Positions 25,916 to 34,249 are shown, counted from the stretch's first letter. The stretch: 64,000 bases of DNA from an uncultured Bacillales bacterium (GCA_947164155.1 CAMUVS010000004.1:603-64602); one strand, 5' to 3'. Numbers and translations: made by a program. Notes: generated by a model not told the origin, from the sequence alone.

Positions 25916-26698
25916 ATGAAAGATATACCAAAATTAGGGCTAGGATTCTGGCAAATAGAGAAAAGTGACGCTAAAAGAGTGTTCTTAGAAGGATATGAAG
26001 TTGGCTATCGTCATTTTGATACTGCAATAATATATGGAAATGAAAGTGAAATAGGTGATGCAATTAAGGAACTTAAACCAAATAGAGAAGAAATATGGTT
26101 AACATCAAAAATTCCAGCAGAAATAAAAAGCTATAAAAAAGCCAAAAAAGCAATTGATGAATCTTTAGAAAGATTAGGGGTAGAGTATTTAGATTTAATG
26201 CTAATTCACGCTCCTAAACCATGGGTCTTTATGTTTATGCCTGGACCTAGATATCATAAAGGCAATAGAGAAGTCTGGAGAGCAATGGTTGACGCTAAAA
26301 AAGAAGGAAAGATTAAAAATCTAGGTGTCTCTAATTTTAATGTTAATGATATAAAAAATATCACTGATTATTCTAATGAACCTATATATGTAAATCAGAT
26401 CTTAATTCATGTTGGAAGAGTGCCAAAAGAAGTCATTAATTATTGTCAAAATAATAATATTCTAGTAGAAGCCTATTCTCCGTTAGGAGTAGGTAAGCTA
26501 CTTAAAAACGAGAAGATTATTGAAATGGCAAAGAAAAATAATGTCTCTCCTGCACAGTTATGTATTAAATATGTAGATAGGTTAGGCACTATCCCTCTTC
26601 CTAGAAGTCGAAGTAAAAAACATATGGAAAATAATTTCCACTTCGACTTTGAATTATCTAAAGATGACAAAGAACAATTAGACAAAATGAAAATATAA
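25916..26698 (+). CDS. Aldo/keto reductase
   Basis: 260 aa. LGLGFWQ...FDTAIIYGNE...LDLMLIHAP pattern. Confidence 0.85.
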   Translation: MKDIPKLGLGFWQIEKSDAKRVFLEGYEVGYRHFDTAIIYGNESEIGDAIKELKPNREEIWLTSKIPAEIKSYKKAKKAIDESLERLGVEYLDLMLIHAPKPWVFMFMPGPRYHKGNREVWRAMVDAKKEGKIKNLGVSNFNVNDIKNITDYSNEPIYVNQILIHVGRVPKEVINYCQNNNILVEAYSPLGVGKLLKNEKIIEMAKKNNVSPAQLCIKYVDRLGTIPLPRSRSKKHMENNFHFDFELSKDDKEQLDKMKI

Positions 26699-26700
26699 AG

Positions 26701-26734
26701 AAAACGTCGGATTTGATTCCGACGTTTATTTTTT
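26701..26734. terminator. Bidirectional rho-independent terminator
   Basis: AAAACGTCGGA-TTTGAT-TCCGACGTTTATTTTTT lies between convergent genes. Confidence 0.7.
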
Positions 26735-26747
26735 GATTAAAAATCAA

Positions 26748-28529
26748 TTAGTTGAATTGAGAGTTATAAATCTCAGAGTATAATCCGCCAAGTTTCATTA
26801 ATGAATCATGGTTACCAGTCTCAACGATGTTACCATCTTTCATAACAAAGATGAGATCGGCGTTTTTAATGGTGGATAATCTATGAGCGATAACAAAGCT
26901 GGTTCTACCTTTAGTTAAGGAGTCCATTGCCTTTTGAATTAAGATTTCGGTTCTAGTATCAACGTTACTAGTTGCTTCATCTAGAATTAGCATTGGAGCG
27001 TTTTCAGTCATTGCTCTAGCAATGGTCACTAATTGTTTTTGTCCAGCAGATAACGCACTTTCCTTTTGAATGACAGTGTCAATTCCTTGTGGGAGAGTAC
27101 TCACAAAGTGTGATAAGTTAGTTTCTTCTAAGATTTCATTAAGTCTATTTTCATCAACATTTTTGAGGTTATAGACAATGTTTTCTCTTAATGTACCATT
27201 AATGACCCAAGTTTCTTGTAAGATCATGCCGAAGATATCACGGAGCTCAGCTCTAGTCATATCTTTAATAGACACGCCATCTACTAAGATGTCACCACTA
27301 GTGAGTTCATAGAATCTCATTAATAAGTTCACTAAAGTAGTTTTACCAGCACCAGTAGGACCAATAATCGCGACTTTCATACCTGGCTTAATCTTGCCAG
27401 AGAAGTGTTTAATGGTGAGTTTATTTGGATCATAACCAAAGCACACATCTTTAAATTCCACTTCTCCTCTAATTTTAGAGTGATCAAGTAAGAATTCTTT
27501 TTGTTCTTCAACAGGTAATTCTTCTTTTTCAAGGAAGTCAAAGACACGGTTACAAGCAGCAGTACCAAGTTGAATAGTAGAGCTAGCTTGACCAATTTGA
27601 GCGAGTGGTTCTTGGAATAAAGAAACATAAACGATAAAGCCAGTGATAATACCCATATCGAATTTGGCTGGATCGCTAGCGATTAATAAGCCCGCAGTAA
27701 TTAAGACTGCCGCATAAGTTAAGTAAGAAACAAATTGCATTGCAGGTTCAATTAATCCACCCCAAGCTTGGGATTTATATAAAATAGAACCAAGTAAATC
27801 GTTTTTCTTCTTAAATTCAGCAATCTTAAGTTTTTCAGCATTAAAGGCTTTAATAACGAGTTGACCGGAATAGTTTTCTTCAACAGTTGCGTTAACTTCA
27901 CCAAGTACTTTTTGGTTCTCATTAAATAATGGTAATGCTTTCTTAAATGTTAATAAGATAATAATTAACATAATTGGTAATGAACATAAGACAACAATTG
28001 CCATTTGCCAGCTTGCGATAAACATCGCAATAATAACACCGACTAACATTACTACTGAGTTAACGAGTAACGAAATAGAGTTTTGTAATGAGGTTGATAA
28101 AGTATCAACATCGTTAGTGATAACAGATAAGATATCACCAAATTGAGTGGTATCGAAATAATTTAAAGGCATCTTGTTGATTTTCGCGGAGATGTCTCTT
28201 CTTAAATCTTTTGAGAATTTTTGAATAATGGTGTTAAGAATAAATCCAGAGGCAAAGCCAGTGATAAAGGAAACACCAACATAAACCACTAATTTAATAG
28301 CGAGCTTAAGTATAAGGTCTAAATCAAGTACAACAACCCCACCAACAACCTTACCCATTGGGTTAATGGCGTTAGTTAATTCTCTAATTGTTCCTGGAGT
28401 AAGAATTGTAAGAACAACAGAGGCGATAAGTAAGGCAATAGAGATAGCAAAAGGAATATAGTATTTGCGGAAGGCTTTAACTAGGCTACCTAATTTATTA
28501 GAGCTCATTTTTTTCTTCATTTTACTCAT
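26748..28529 (-). CDS. ABC transporter permease/ATP-binding protein (exporter half-transporter)
   Basis: 593 aa. Six-TM domain plus NBD (GPTGAGKTT, LSAGQKQ, LILDEATS). No N-terminal C39 peptidase domain. Confidence 0.9.
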   Translation of the reverse strand: MSKMKKKMSSNKLGSLVKAFRKYYIPFAISIALLIASVVLTILTPGTIRELTNAINPMGKVVGGVVVLDLDLILKLAIKLVVYVGVSFITGFASGFILNTIIQKFSKDLRRDISAKINKMPLNYFDTTQFGDILSVITNDVDTLSTSLQNSISLLVNSVVMLVGVIIAMFIASWQMAIVVLCSLPIMLIIILLTFKKALPLFNENQKVLGEVNATVEENYSGQLVIKAFNAEKLKIAEFKKKNDLLGSILYKSQAWGGLIEPAMQFVSYLTYAAVLITAGLLIASDPAKFDMGIITGFIVYVSLFQEPLAQIGQASSTIQLGTAACNRVFDFLEKEELPVEEQKEFLLDHSKIRGEVEFKDVCFGYDPNKLTIKHFSGKIKPGMKVAIIGPTGAGKTTLVNLLMRFYELTSGDILVDGVSIKDMTRAELRDIFGMILQETWVINGTLRENIVYNLKNVDENRLNEILEETNLSHFVSTLPQGIDTVIQKESALSAGQKQLVTIARAMTENAPMLILDEATSNVDTRTEILIQKAMDSLTKGRTSFVIAHRLSTIKNADLIFVMKDGNIVETGNHDSLMKLGGLYSEIYNSQFN

Positions 28530-30283
28530 AATCCTAATTCCTCCTTACTTAATTGAGATAAGGCAATTTCTTGATAGACTGGGCAATTTCTTACTAAGTC
28601 TTTGTGTTTGCCTAAGCCTACAATCTTACCATGGTCTAATACCACGATTTGATCAGCATCCATAATGGTGCCAACACGTTGAGCAATAATGACTCTAGTG
28701 GCTTCTGGAAGTTTTTCGGCAATTCTTCCTCTAACAACTTTATCAGTACGATAGTCTAGAGCAGAGAAAGAGTCATCAAAGATTAAGATTTCTGGTTTAG
28801 GAGCAATCGCTCTAGCGATACAAAGTCTTTGTTTTTGTCCGCCTGAGAAGTTAGTGCCGCCTTGAGCAACTTCAGAATCATAACCATTACTTTTATTCAT
28901 CACAAAGCCATCAGCGTCAGCGATTTCCGCTGCCCATCTGATATCTTTTAAAGTCATACTAGGATTTTTTAAGGCGATATTTTCTTTAATATTACCTTTA
29001 AATAAGAATCCTCTTTGAGGAGCATAGCCAATACGGTCTCTTAAATCGGATTGTAAAACGTCTTTAACATTTACTCCGTCCACTAAAACTTCTCCGCTTG
29101 TGCAGTCTGCCATACGTGGAATTAAATTAATAATTGTGGTTTTACCACTTCCGGTCGCGCCAATAAAGGCAATTGTTTCGCCTTTATTCACTTTGAAGGA
29201 AATATTCGAAACAGCTTCTTTATCACTACCAGGATAAGCAAAGCCGACATTTTTAAATTCAATTGTACCTTTTTCTTTGAATTCCACTGGATGATCAGTA
29301 TCTAAAACAGAAACTGAGTGAGTGATAACTTCATGAATACGTTTCGCACTGACAGAGGCTCTTGGCCAAATAACAATTAAGGTAATCACTAAAATGAATG
29401 ACATAACGATTTGGCTAGCAAGCATGACGAATGAGTTAGTAGAGTTAAAGGCATTTGTAGCCTCAGTAGCACTTAATCCGTTAATAATATAAGCACTAAC
29501 CCATAAAATAGATAAAGATAAGCCCATCATAACCATCATCACAAACGGGGTGAAGAAGGCTAATACACGACCAATAAAGATTTGAGTCTTTGTATATGGA
29601 GCATTAACTTTGTCGAATTTGTCTTCTTGATAAGATTCGGCATTGAATGCTCTAACTACTCTAACACCAGTAAGATTTTCTCTACTTGAAACGTTAAGAG
29701 CATCGGTTAATTTTTGTACAATTCTAAATTTAGGGGTTACCATAAATAATAAAACTGCAACAGCGGCAACTAATAAGACCACCCAAACAACAGTAACAAC
29801 TGTAAGTTTTGCGTTAGCTTGAGTTGCGAGTAAAATAACTGACCAAACCATTGTAACAGGGGCCACGAATGCAGTTTTTAAGAATGTTAACCAAGCAAGG
29901 TGAACATTTTGAATGTCGTTTGTGGTTCTTGTAATTAAAGATTCGGTTGAGAATGAGGCAAAATCAGCAATTGCAAATTCGTTAACTCTTTCATATAACT
30001 TTTGTCTTAATTGAGTCACTGTACTACTAGCAGTCGCACTAGCGATGAATTTAATGATGATATCAACAACCACCATCGCTACAGCACATACAATCATTCC
30101 TAATCCGTTTAACCACACATTAGCAGTGCCATCACTAGCAGCATTACCAACAGCCGCGGTTAACAAACCAATATAGGAGACAATTGTCATCATGAAATAG
30201 ACTTGAGCTAAGGTGAGTAAGAAAATAAATACTACTGCAACCCAATGTCTTGCCTTCATGTTTTTGAAAAGTAATTTAAACAT
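28526..30283 (-). CDS. ABC transporter permease/ATP-binding protein (heterodimer partner)
   Basis: 585 aa. TM domain plus NBD (GATGSGKTT, FSGGQKQ, LIFDDSFS). Overlaps the downstream partner by 4 nt. Confidence 0.9.
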   Translation of the reverse strand: MFKLLFKNMKARHWVAVVFIFLLTLAQVYFMMTIVSYIGLLTAAVGNAASDGTANVWLNGLGMIVCAVAMVVVDIIIKFIASATASSTVTQLRQKLYERVNEFAIADFASFSTESLITRTTNDIQNVHLAWLTFLKTAFVAPVTMVWSVILLATQANAKLTVVTVVWVVLLVAAVAVLLFMVTPKFRIVQKLTDALNVSSRENLTGVRVVRAFNAESYQEDKFDKVNAPYTKTQIFIGRVLAFFTPFVMMVMMGLSLSILWVSAYIINGLSATEATNAFNSTNSFVMLASQIVMSFILVITLIVIWPRASVSAKRIHEVITHSVSVLDTDHPVEFKEKGTIEFKNVGFAYPGSDKEAVSNISFKVNKGETIAFIGATGSGKTTIINLIPRMADCTSGEVLVDGVNVKDVLQSDLRDRIGYAPQRGFLFKGNIKENIALKNPSMTLKDIRWAAEIADADGFVMNKSNGYDSEVAQGGTNFSGGQKQRLCIARAIAPKPEILIFDDSFSALDYRTDKVVRGRIAEKLPEATRVIIAQRVGTIMDADQIVVLDHGKIVGLGKHKDLVRNCPVYQEIALSQLSKEELGL

Positions 30284-30439
30284 AGCTTCTCCCTTTCTAA
30301 AAAATAACAGTAGTCTTAGAAGTCTAGATTACTAATAATCATTTATCCAATAAGCCCACTTGAAGAAATAATACCATAGGTTTAATTTTATTAAAATAAT
30401 GTATTTATATTTTTTGAGTTGTCAGATGTAAGACCATAT

Positions 30440-30464
30440 AAAAAGTCGCCCATGCAGACGACTT
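30440..30464 (-). terminator. Rho-independent terminator after small protein 1; member of a 3-copy terminator family
   Basis: Minus strand reads AAGTCGTC-TGCATG-GGCGACTTTTT. It shares the ATTAAGTCGTC... lead-in with the copies at 32766 and 33509. Confidence 0.6.
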
Positions 30465-30504
30465 AATGTTACAGAAATCCAATTATTGATTATGCTTTTT
30501 TTAA

Positions 30505-30813
30505 TTATAAATCTGCGTTTTTGGAACCTTTCCAAGTATACCCACATTCACACACAAATTCATAGATAAGGCCATAATATGATTTTCGACCAACATAGCG
30601 ACCTTCCACTAATCTACCACATTTTTTACATGTTTTTGAAAGATCAGGTGCGTTAGTGGATAAACAACCACCACCATTGACTGCTTCTAATTGTTCATCA
30701 GTTAAAGTAAATCCTTCTTCTTTAGCTAAAGCGAGCAATTCATCTGTATTTTTGCAGGCACTAACTTTTTTAATTTGTTCTTCTGTTAAACCTTTTAATA
30801 ATTCTTTTTTCAT
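30505..30813 (-). CDS. Small protein: Nif11-like double-glycine leader fused to a Cys-rich zinc-ribbon-like C-terminal module
   Basis: 102 aa with RBS AAAGGAGAA. N-terminus is MKKELLKGLTEEQIKKVSACKNTDELLALAKEEGFTLTDEQLEAVNGGG. It is followed by C...CKKC...CEC. Confidence 0.6.
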   Translation of the reverse strand: MKKELLKGLTEEQIKKVSACKNTDELLALAKEEGFTLTDEQLEAVNGGGCLSTNAPDLSKTCKKCGRLVEGRYVGRKSYYGLIYEFVCECGYTWKGSKNADL

Positions 30814-30854
30814 ATTCGAGTTTCTCCTTTGTTATTTATATGTTATCAAAATAC

Positions 30855-30873
30855 TTGTCACAAATGTGCCACA
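30855..30873 (-). promoter_or_regulatory. Conserved 19-nt box TGTGGCACATTTGTGACAA (minus strand) upstream of small protein 1
   Basis: 18 of 19 nt identical to 31977-31995. Contains a TGTG-N-CACA palindrome and a TTGTGA/GTGACA -35-like element 15-17 nt from TATAAA. Confidence 0.5.
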
Positions 30874-31575
30874 TTATTCAATTAATTGAGGTAACCATTT
30901 ATTAATCTCTTCAATTATGTATTCTTTATTGTGGTTATATTGTGCTTGTAAAGGAAGTAATAACGATCCTTCAAACTCTTTATTTACTTCAATATGAGAT
31001 TGTAGATCAATAAGAGGCAACTTTAACTTCTTTTTAATATTGTTTTTATATGTAAGTAACAAATCTAAATATTTTTTTATATCGTCTTTGCTAATAGAAC
31101 ATCCATCTAACTGAGAAAAGGAGTATAAATCTACAAGATGTTTATATAATGGGGTCTCAATAGAAAACATCGCTATTATTTTCTCGGCAATTTGAAGTTC
31201 AACGCTGACCCCACTAAAGGTAAATTGTCCGATTTGATAAACACTTCTTTTAAACTTCTTAAAAATATCAAATCTTCTTCCTTCAATATGTATAACCTCG
31301 TTATTAATTCTTACAAAACAAGAAAATGATTCTTCAGTAGCCTCATTAGTTAAAGGAAAATATAAGAATCGAACGACATCAAATTCTTTTTTAAATAGTT
31401 CTTCTAACTTATGAAAATCAGTATCACAAATCAGATCAATATCAGATGTTCTTCTAGCGTGATTAGCTAATACTGCGTTACAAATAAGCCCACCAATAAT
31501 AAGGAAATCAAAATCTAAATTATTTAACTTATTAAGGGCTATTTCTAAATTGTTACTAATATTTCTATTATTCAT
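30874..31575 (-). CDS. AbiEii/DUF1814-like nucleotidyltransferase-fold protein
   Basis: 233 aa. IIGGLICNAVLANHARRTSDIDLICD matches the GG...R.S.DID motif of AbiEii-type / pol-beta-fold NTases. A TATAAT hexamer lies 7 nt upstream of the ATG and there is no SD. Confidence 0.5.
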   Translation of the reverse strand: MNNRNISNNLEIALNKLNNLDFDFLIIGGLICNAVLANHARRTSDIDLICDTDFHKLEELFKKEFDVVRFLYFPLTNEATEESFSCFVRINNEVIHIEGRRFDIFKKFKRSVYQIGQFTFSGVSVELQIAEKIIAMFSIETPLYKHLVDLYSFSQLDGCSISKDDIKKYLDLLLTYKNNIKKKLKLPLIDLQSHIEVNKEFEGSLLLPLQAQYNHNKEYIIEEINKWLPQLIE

Positions 31576-31618
31576 TAGGAGTATTATAGCAGTCTTTAAT
31601 TCCGTTAGTGGGCATATT

Positions 31619-31641
31619 AAAAAACCGAGATAAGCTCGGTT
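31619..31641 (-). terminator. Rho-independent terminator after small protein 2
   Basis: Minus strand reads AACCGAGC-TTAT-CTCGGTTTTTT. Confidence 0.65.
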
Positions 31642-31653
31642 ATACTCGTTTGT

Positions 31654-31938
31654 TTAATCGTAATTTTCGATTTTGTAGCCACAGCTTTGGCAGATAAAAT
31701 AGGTGCCTTTATCTTTTAAGTTGTTGCTACCACACCTTGGACAGTCGCTTGGATTGATATAGTCTCCAAAATCTGAAATAACAGTACAAGCGCCACCACC
31801 ACTAACAACGGCTAATTGTTCTTCGGTTAATGAAACGCCTTCTTTTTTAGCGAGTTCCATTAATTCTTCGTGATTTTTACATGATTTAACTTTAGCAATT
31901 TGTTCTTTAGTTAATCCTTTTAATAATTCTTTTTTCAT
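31654..31938 (-). CDS. Small protein: Nif11-like double-glycine leader fused to a zinc-ribbon module (paralogue of 30505..30813)
   Basis: 94 aa from the ATG at 31938 (RBS GGGGGG). N-terminus is MKKELLKGLTKEQIAKVKSCKNHEELMELAKKEGVSLTEEQLAVVSGGG. It is followed by C...CPRC...CQSC. The track ORF start at 31983 has no RBS. Confidence 0.6.
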   Translation of the reverse strand: MKKELLKGLTKEQIAKVKSCKNHEELMELAKKEGVSLTEEQLAVVSGGGACTVISDFGDYINPSDCPRCGSNNLKDKGTYFICQSCGYKIENYD

Positions 31939-31976
31939 AATTGCCCCCCAGGATTGAGTATATTTTATCATGTAGT

Positions 31977-31995
31977 TTGTCACAAATGTGTCACA
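31977..31995 (-). promoter_or_regulatory. Conserved 19-nt box TGTGACACATTTGTGACAA (minus strand) upstream of small protein 2
   Basis: Second copy of the box at 30855-30873. TATACT lies 15-17 nt downstream of the GTGACA/TTGTGA element. Confidence 0.5.
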
Positions 31996-32023
31996 AATAA
32001 GCCGTTACTAAGGACAGCTTAAA

Positions 32024-32695
32024 TTAGATATTAAATACATCTCCAGGAGATACGATTCCTAATACAGGTTCATTTCTTAAACCGTGTTCAGTAATAAATA
32101 TTAAAGCGCATCTTTTGTGTTCTTTGTTATAGCCGATAAAATATTGTTTAGCATCAAACGCAAAGGTGTCTTTTGCTAAGAAAAGGTAATATAGATCTTT
32201 GCTTTTATTAATATCAAATTTATCTTTTAAATCTTCAATAGTGTATGATCTATTTTCGTCATATTCTGCGTTTGCAAGAATTGAGAATATTGTGCGCATA
32301 GAAACAACATATCTAACACACCCTTTCTCATCAAAGATTGGGATATTAGTGATATGTAACTGATCCATATAGCGCATCGCGTGTAATACATCAGTGTCAG
32401 GAGATAATGTTTTAATTTTATCTTTTTTAATCCCAACATCGTAGGCTTTTACCACTAATTTATTTATTATTTCTTCTAGTGTTTCTAAAACATAATCAGC
32501 GACATGAAAAGGAAAATCGCCATTGACTTTTGGAGTATGTGTCAAGCAGTTACGGATATGTCTTAAGGCATTGAATTCGACATAATTCTGTTTTTTTATC
32601 ATCTCAAATCGATGAGGATCATTTTCTTCGATATATTCAAAAGTCTTATACTCATCTAAAAATTTTTGCGTTATTTCTGCATTATATGTAGCCAT
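32024..32695 (-). CDS. HEPN-like (Rx4H) N-terminal domain fused to a CBS-pair-like C-terminal region
   Basis: 223 aa. LRHIRNCLTH (R-x4-H) sits in a helical N-terminal region of about 80 aa. The C-terminus has two CBS-like segments (DTDVLHAMRYMDQLHITNIPIFDEKGCVRYVVSMRTIF; ...ALIFITEHGLRNEPVLGIVSPGDV). Confidence 0.5.
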   Translation of the reverse strand: MATYNAEITQKFLDEYKTFEYIEENDPHRFEMIKKQNYVEFNALRHIRNCLTHTPKVNGDFPFHVADYVLETLEEIINKLVVKAYDVGIKKDKIKTLSPDTDVLHAMRYMDQLHITNIPIFDEKGCVRYVVSMRTIFSILANAEYDENRSYTIEDLKDKFDINKSKDLYYLFLAKDTFAFDAKQYFIGYNKEHKRCALIFITEHGLRNEPVLGIVSPGDVFNI

Positions 32696-32765
32696 AAATC
32701 AACATATCCCTTCTTATTTATGAATTAACACTTATATAGAAATAAATATCTAATTAAATTATATC

Positions 32766-32805
32766 AAAAAAGCCGCACTATGGACGACTTAATTTGATTG
32801 TTTGA
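32766..32805 (-). repeat. Orphan copy of the rpsR terminator (about 40-nt direct repeat of 33509-33549)
   Basis: AAAAAAGCCGCACTATGGACGACTTAATTTGATTGTTTGA versus AAAAAAGCCGCCACTATGGACGACTTAATTTGATTATTTGA. The minus-strand hairpin uses G:U pairs and is followed by a T-tract. No minus-strand gene ends upstream of it. Confidence 0.7.
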
Positions 32806-32955
32806 TGCGTTCGTCTAAACCCGTTTTTCCTGATTCGTCTAAATTCCGCTTTCCCCCGAAAAGAGCCTCCACCAGTTAACTATATTTCCAAGACAGTTAT
32901 GTAGATTTTTATATAATTGCATGTTAATGTATCTATATCAGACGAGGACATTTTT

Positions 32956-33507
32956 ATGAAAAAAGGATTAGCGTTGTTTTGTTTTATTTCAGCACTTTCT
33001 TTAGCGGCCTGTAACAAAAATACTGGTCCAACAAAGGTTGAGTATTCAGAATTTTATCAAAAGATACAAGAAATAGAAGAAAATCATCATTCTCACGCTA
33101 CGATGACTGTTACATATTTTGATGATTTATCTGGAGAAGGTAAAACTATAACGGCAACACTCAATTATTCATGGAGCGATGAGCAAAATAAGTTCGTTCC
33201 TGATGAAGAATATGAATATGACCTTACTGATGAAATAAATAGAACTATAAAAGACGAATTTAAAAAGGCAGAGGAAAGCGAAGATAGTAAAAGTCTTGGA
33301 TATCAATATTTTATAGAACCATTCAAATGCTATGTTGATTATACAGAAACAATAGAAGAAAGAACTATCAGAACCATTGAAAGTCAAACTTATAATAATT
33401 ATGGTTATCTTACTGATTATTTACTTCAGGCTACTGCTAATGGAACATATAAAGGTGAACCGTTCAACGGAACACAAAAAACAACATATTCTATATCATA
33501 TAAATAA
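32956..33507 (+). CDS. Lipoprotein, unknown function
   Basis: The ATG at 32956 gives MKKGLALFCFISALSLAAC-N (lipobox). The track ORF starts 39 nt earlier without a signal peptide. Confidence 0.6.
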   Translation: MKKGLALFCFISALSLAACNKNTGPTKVEYSEFYQKIQEIEENHHSHATMTVTYFDDLSGEGKTITATLNYSWSDEQNKFVPDEEYEYDLTDEINRTIKDEFKKAEESEDSKSLGYQYFIEPFKCYVDYTETIEERTIRTIESQTYNNYGYLTDYLLQATANGTYKGEPFNGTQKTTYSISYK

Positions 33508-33508
33508 T

Positions 33509-33549
33509 AAAAAAGCCGCCACTATGGACGACTTAATTTGATTATTTGA
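33509..33549 (-). terminator. rpsR operon terminator (repeat copy)
   Basis: Minus strand reads AGTCGTCC-ATAG-TGGCGGCTTTTTT, immediately after the rpsR stop. Confidence 0.65.
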
Positions 33550-33555
33550 CTTTAA

Positions 33556-33783
33556 TTAGTCAGCAACATATGGGAGAAGAGCCATGAATCTCGCATTTTT
33601 AATTGCGACAGCTAATTCTCTTTGATGTTTTGCACATGTACCAGTTGTTCTACGTGGAGAAATTTTTCCATTAGAAGCAATAAACATTTTTAATGTTTCA
33701 ACATCTTTATAATCGATGTGGGTAATGTTATTTTTCTTGAAGTAACAGACCTTCTTGTGTGGTCTAACTTTCTTAAACGCCAT
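33556..33783 (-). CDS. rpsR: 30S ribosomal protein S18
   Basis: 75 aa. ...[50 protein letters not shown]. Confidence 0.95.
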   Translation of the reverse strand: MAFKKVRPHKKVCYFKKNNITHIDYKDVETLKMFIASNGKISPRRTTGTCAKHQRELAVAIKNARFMALLPYVAD

Positions 33784-33800
33784 TATTTTATCTTCCTTTC

Positions 33801-34235
33801 TTAGAATGGGAGATCGTCATCAGCAATTTCAATGCTGTCTAAGCTTTTAGATTCTTCAGTAGGGACAACATCATCAAATGGTGGAATATCCATTTCTTCA
33901 TTAGCGACTTCTTCGTTTCTTCTTTCTAAGAATTGAACAGAGTCACATAATACTTCGATAACACTTGATTTTTGTCCGTCTTGTCGAATAAAGCTTCTTT
34001 GATTAAGACGACCTTCAACTCCAACTAATAATCCCTTACGGGCAAATTTTGAAACTGTTTCCGCGGTGGTTGTAAAGGCTGTACAAGGAATAAAGCTTGT
34101 TCCTTTAGAACCATCTGGATTTTTCATTCTGTTGTCTAGAGCGACTGTGAATGTACAGACAGAGTTTCCGGATGTGGTTTTTCTGAGTTCTGGGTCTCTT
34201 GTTAAGCGACCCACTAAAACGACACGATTAATCAT
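33801..34235 (-). CDS. ssb: Single-stranded DNA-binding protein
   Basis: 144 aa. [20 protein letters not shown]-fold N-terminus and an acidic tail ending DDDLPF. Confidence 0.95.
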   Translation of the reverse strand: MINRVVLVGRLTRDPELRKTTSGNSVCTFTVALDNRMKNPDGSKGTSFIPCTAFTTTAETVSKFARKGLLVGVEGRLNQRSFIRQDGQKSSVIEVLCDSVQFLERRNEEVANEEMDIPPFDDVVPTEESKSLDSIEIADDDLPF

Positions 34236-34249
34236 TTAAATGATCCTCC

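Noticed and set aside
26748-30283. ABC exporter pair as the dedicated peptidase-containing (PCAT) transporter for the Nif11-leader proteins
   Set aside because: Both proteins begin directly with the TM domain (585 and 593 aa) and have no N-terminal C39 peptidase domain. They look like generic heterodimeric multidrug-type exporters and lie outside the terminator-bounded islet.
32815-32850. Guanidine-II (mini-ykkC)-like twin ACGA hairpins on the minus strand (TTTAGACGAA x2)
   Set aside because: The ACGA tetranucleotides are not closed by complementary stems, so the defining hairpins cannot form.
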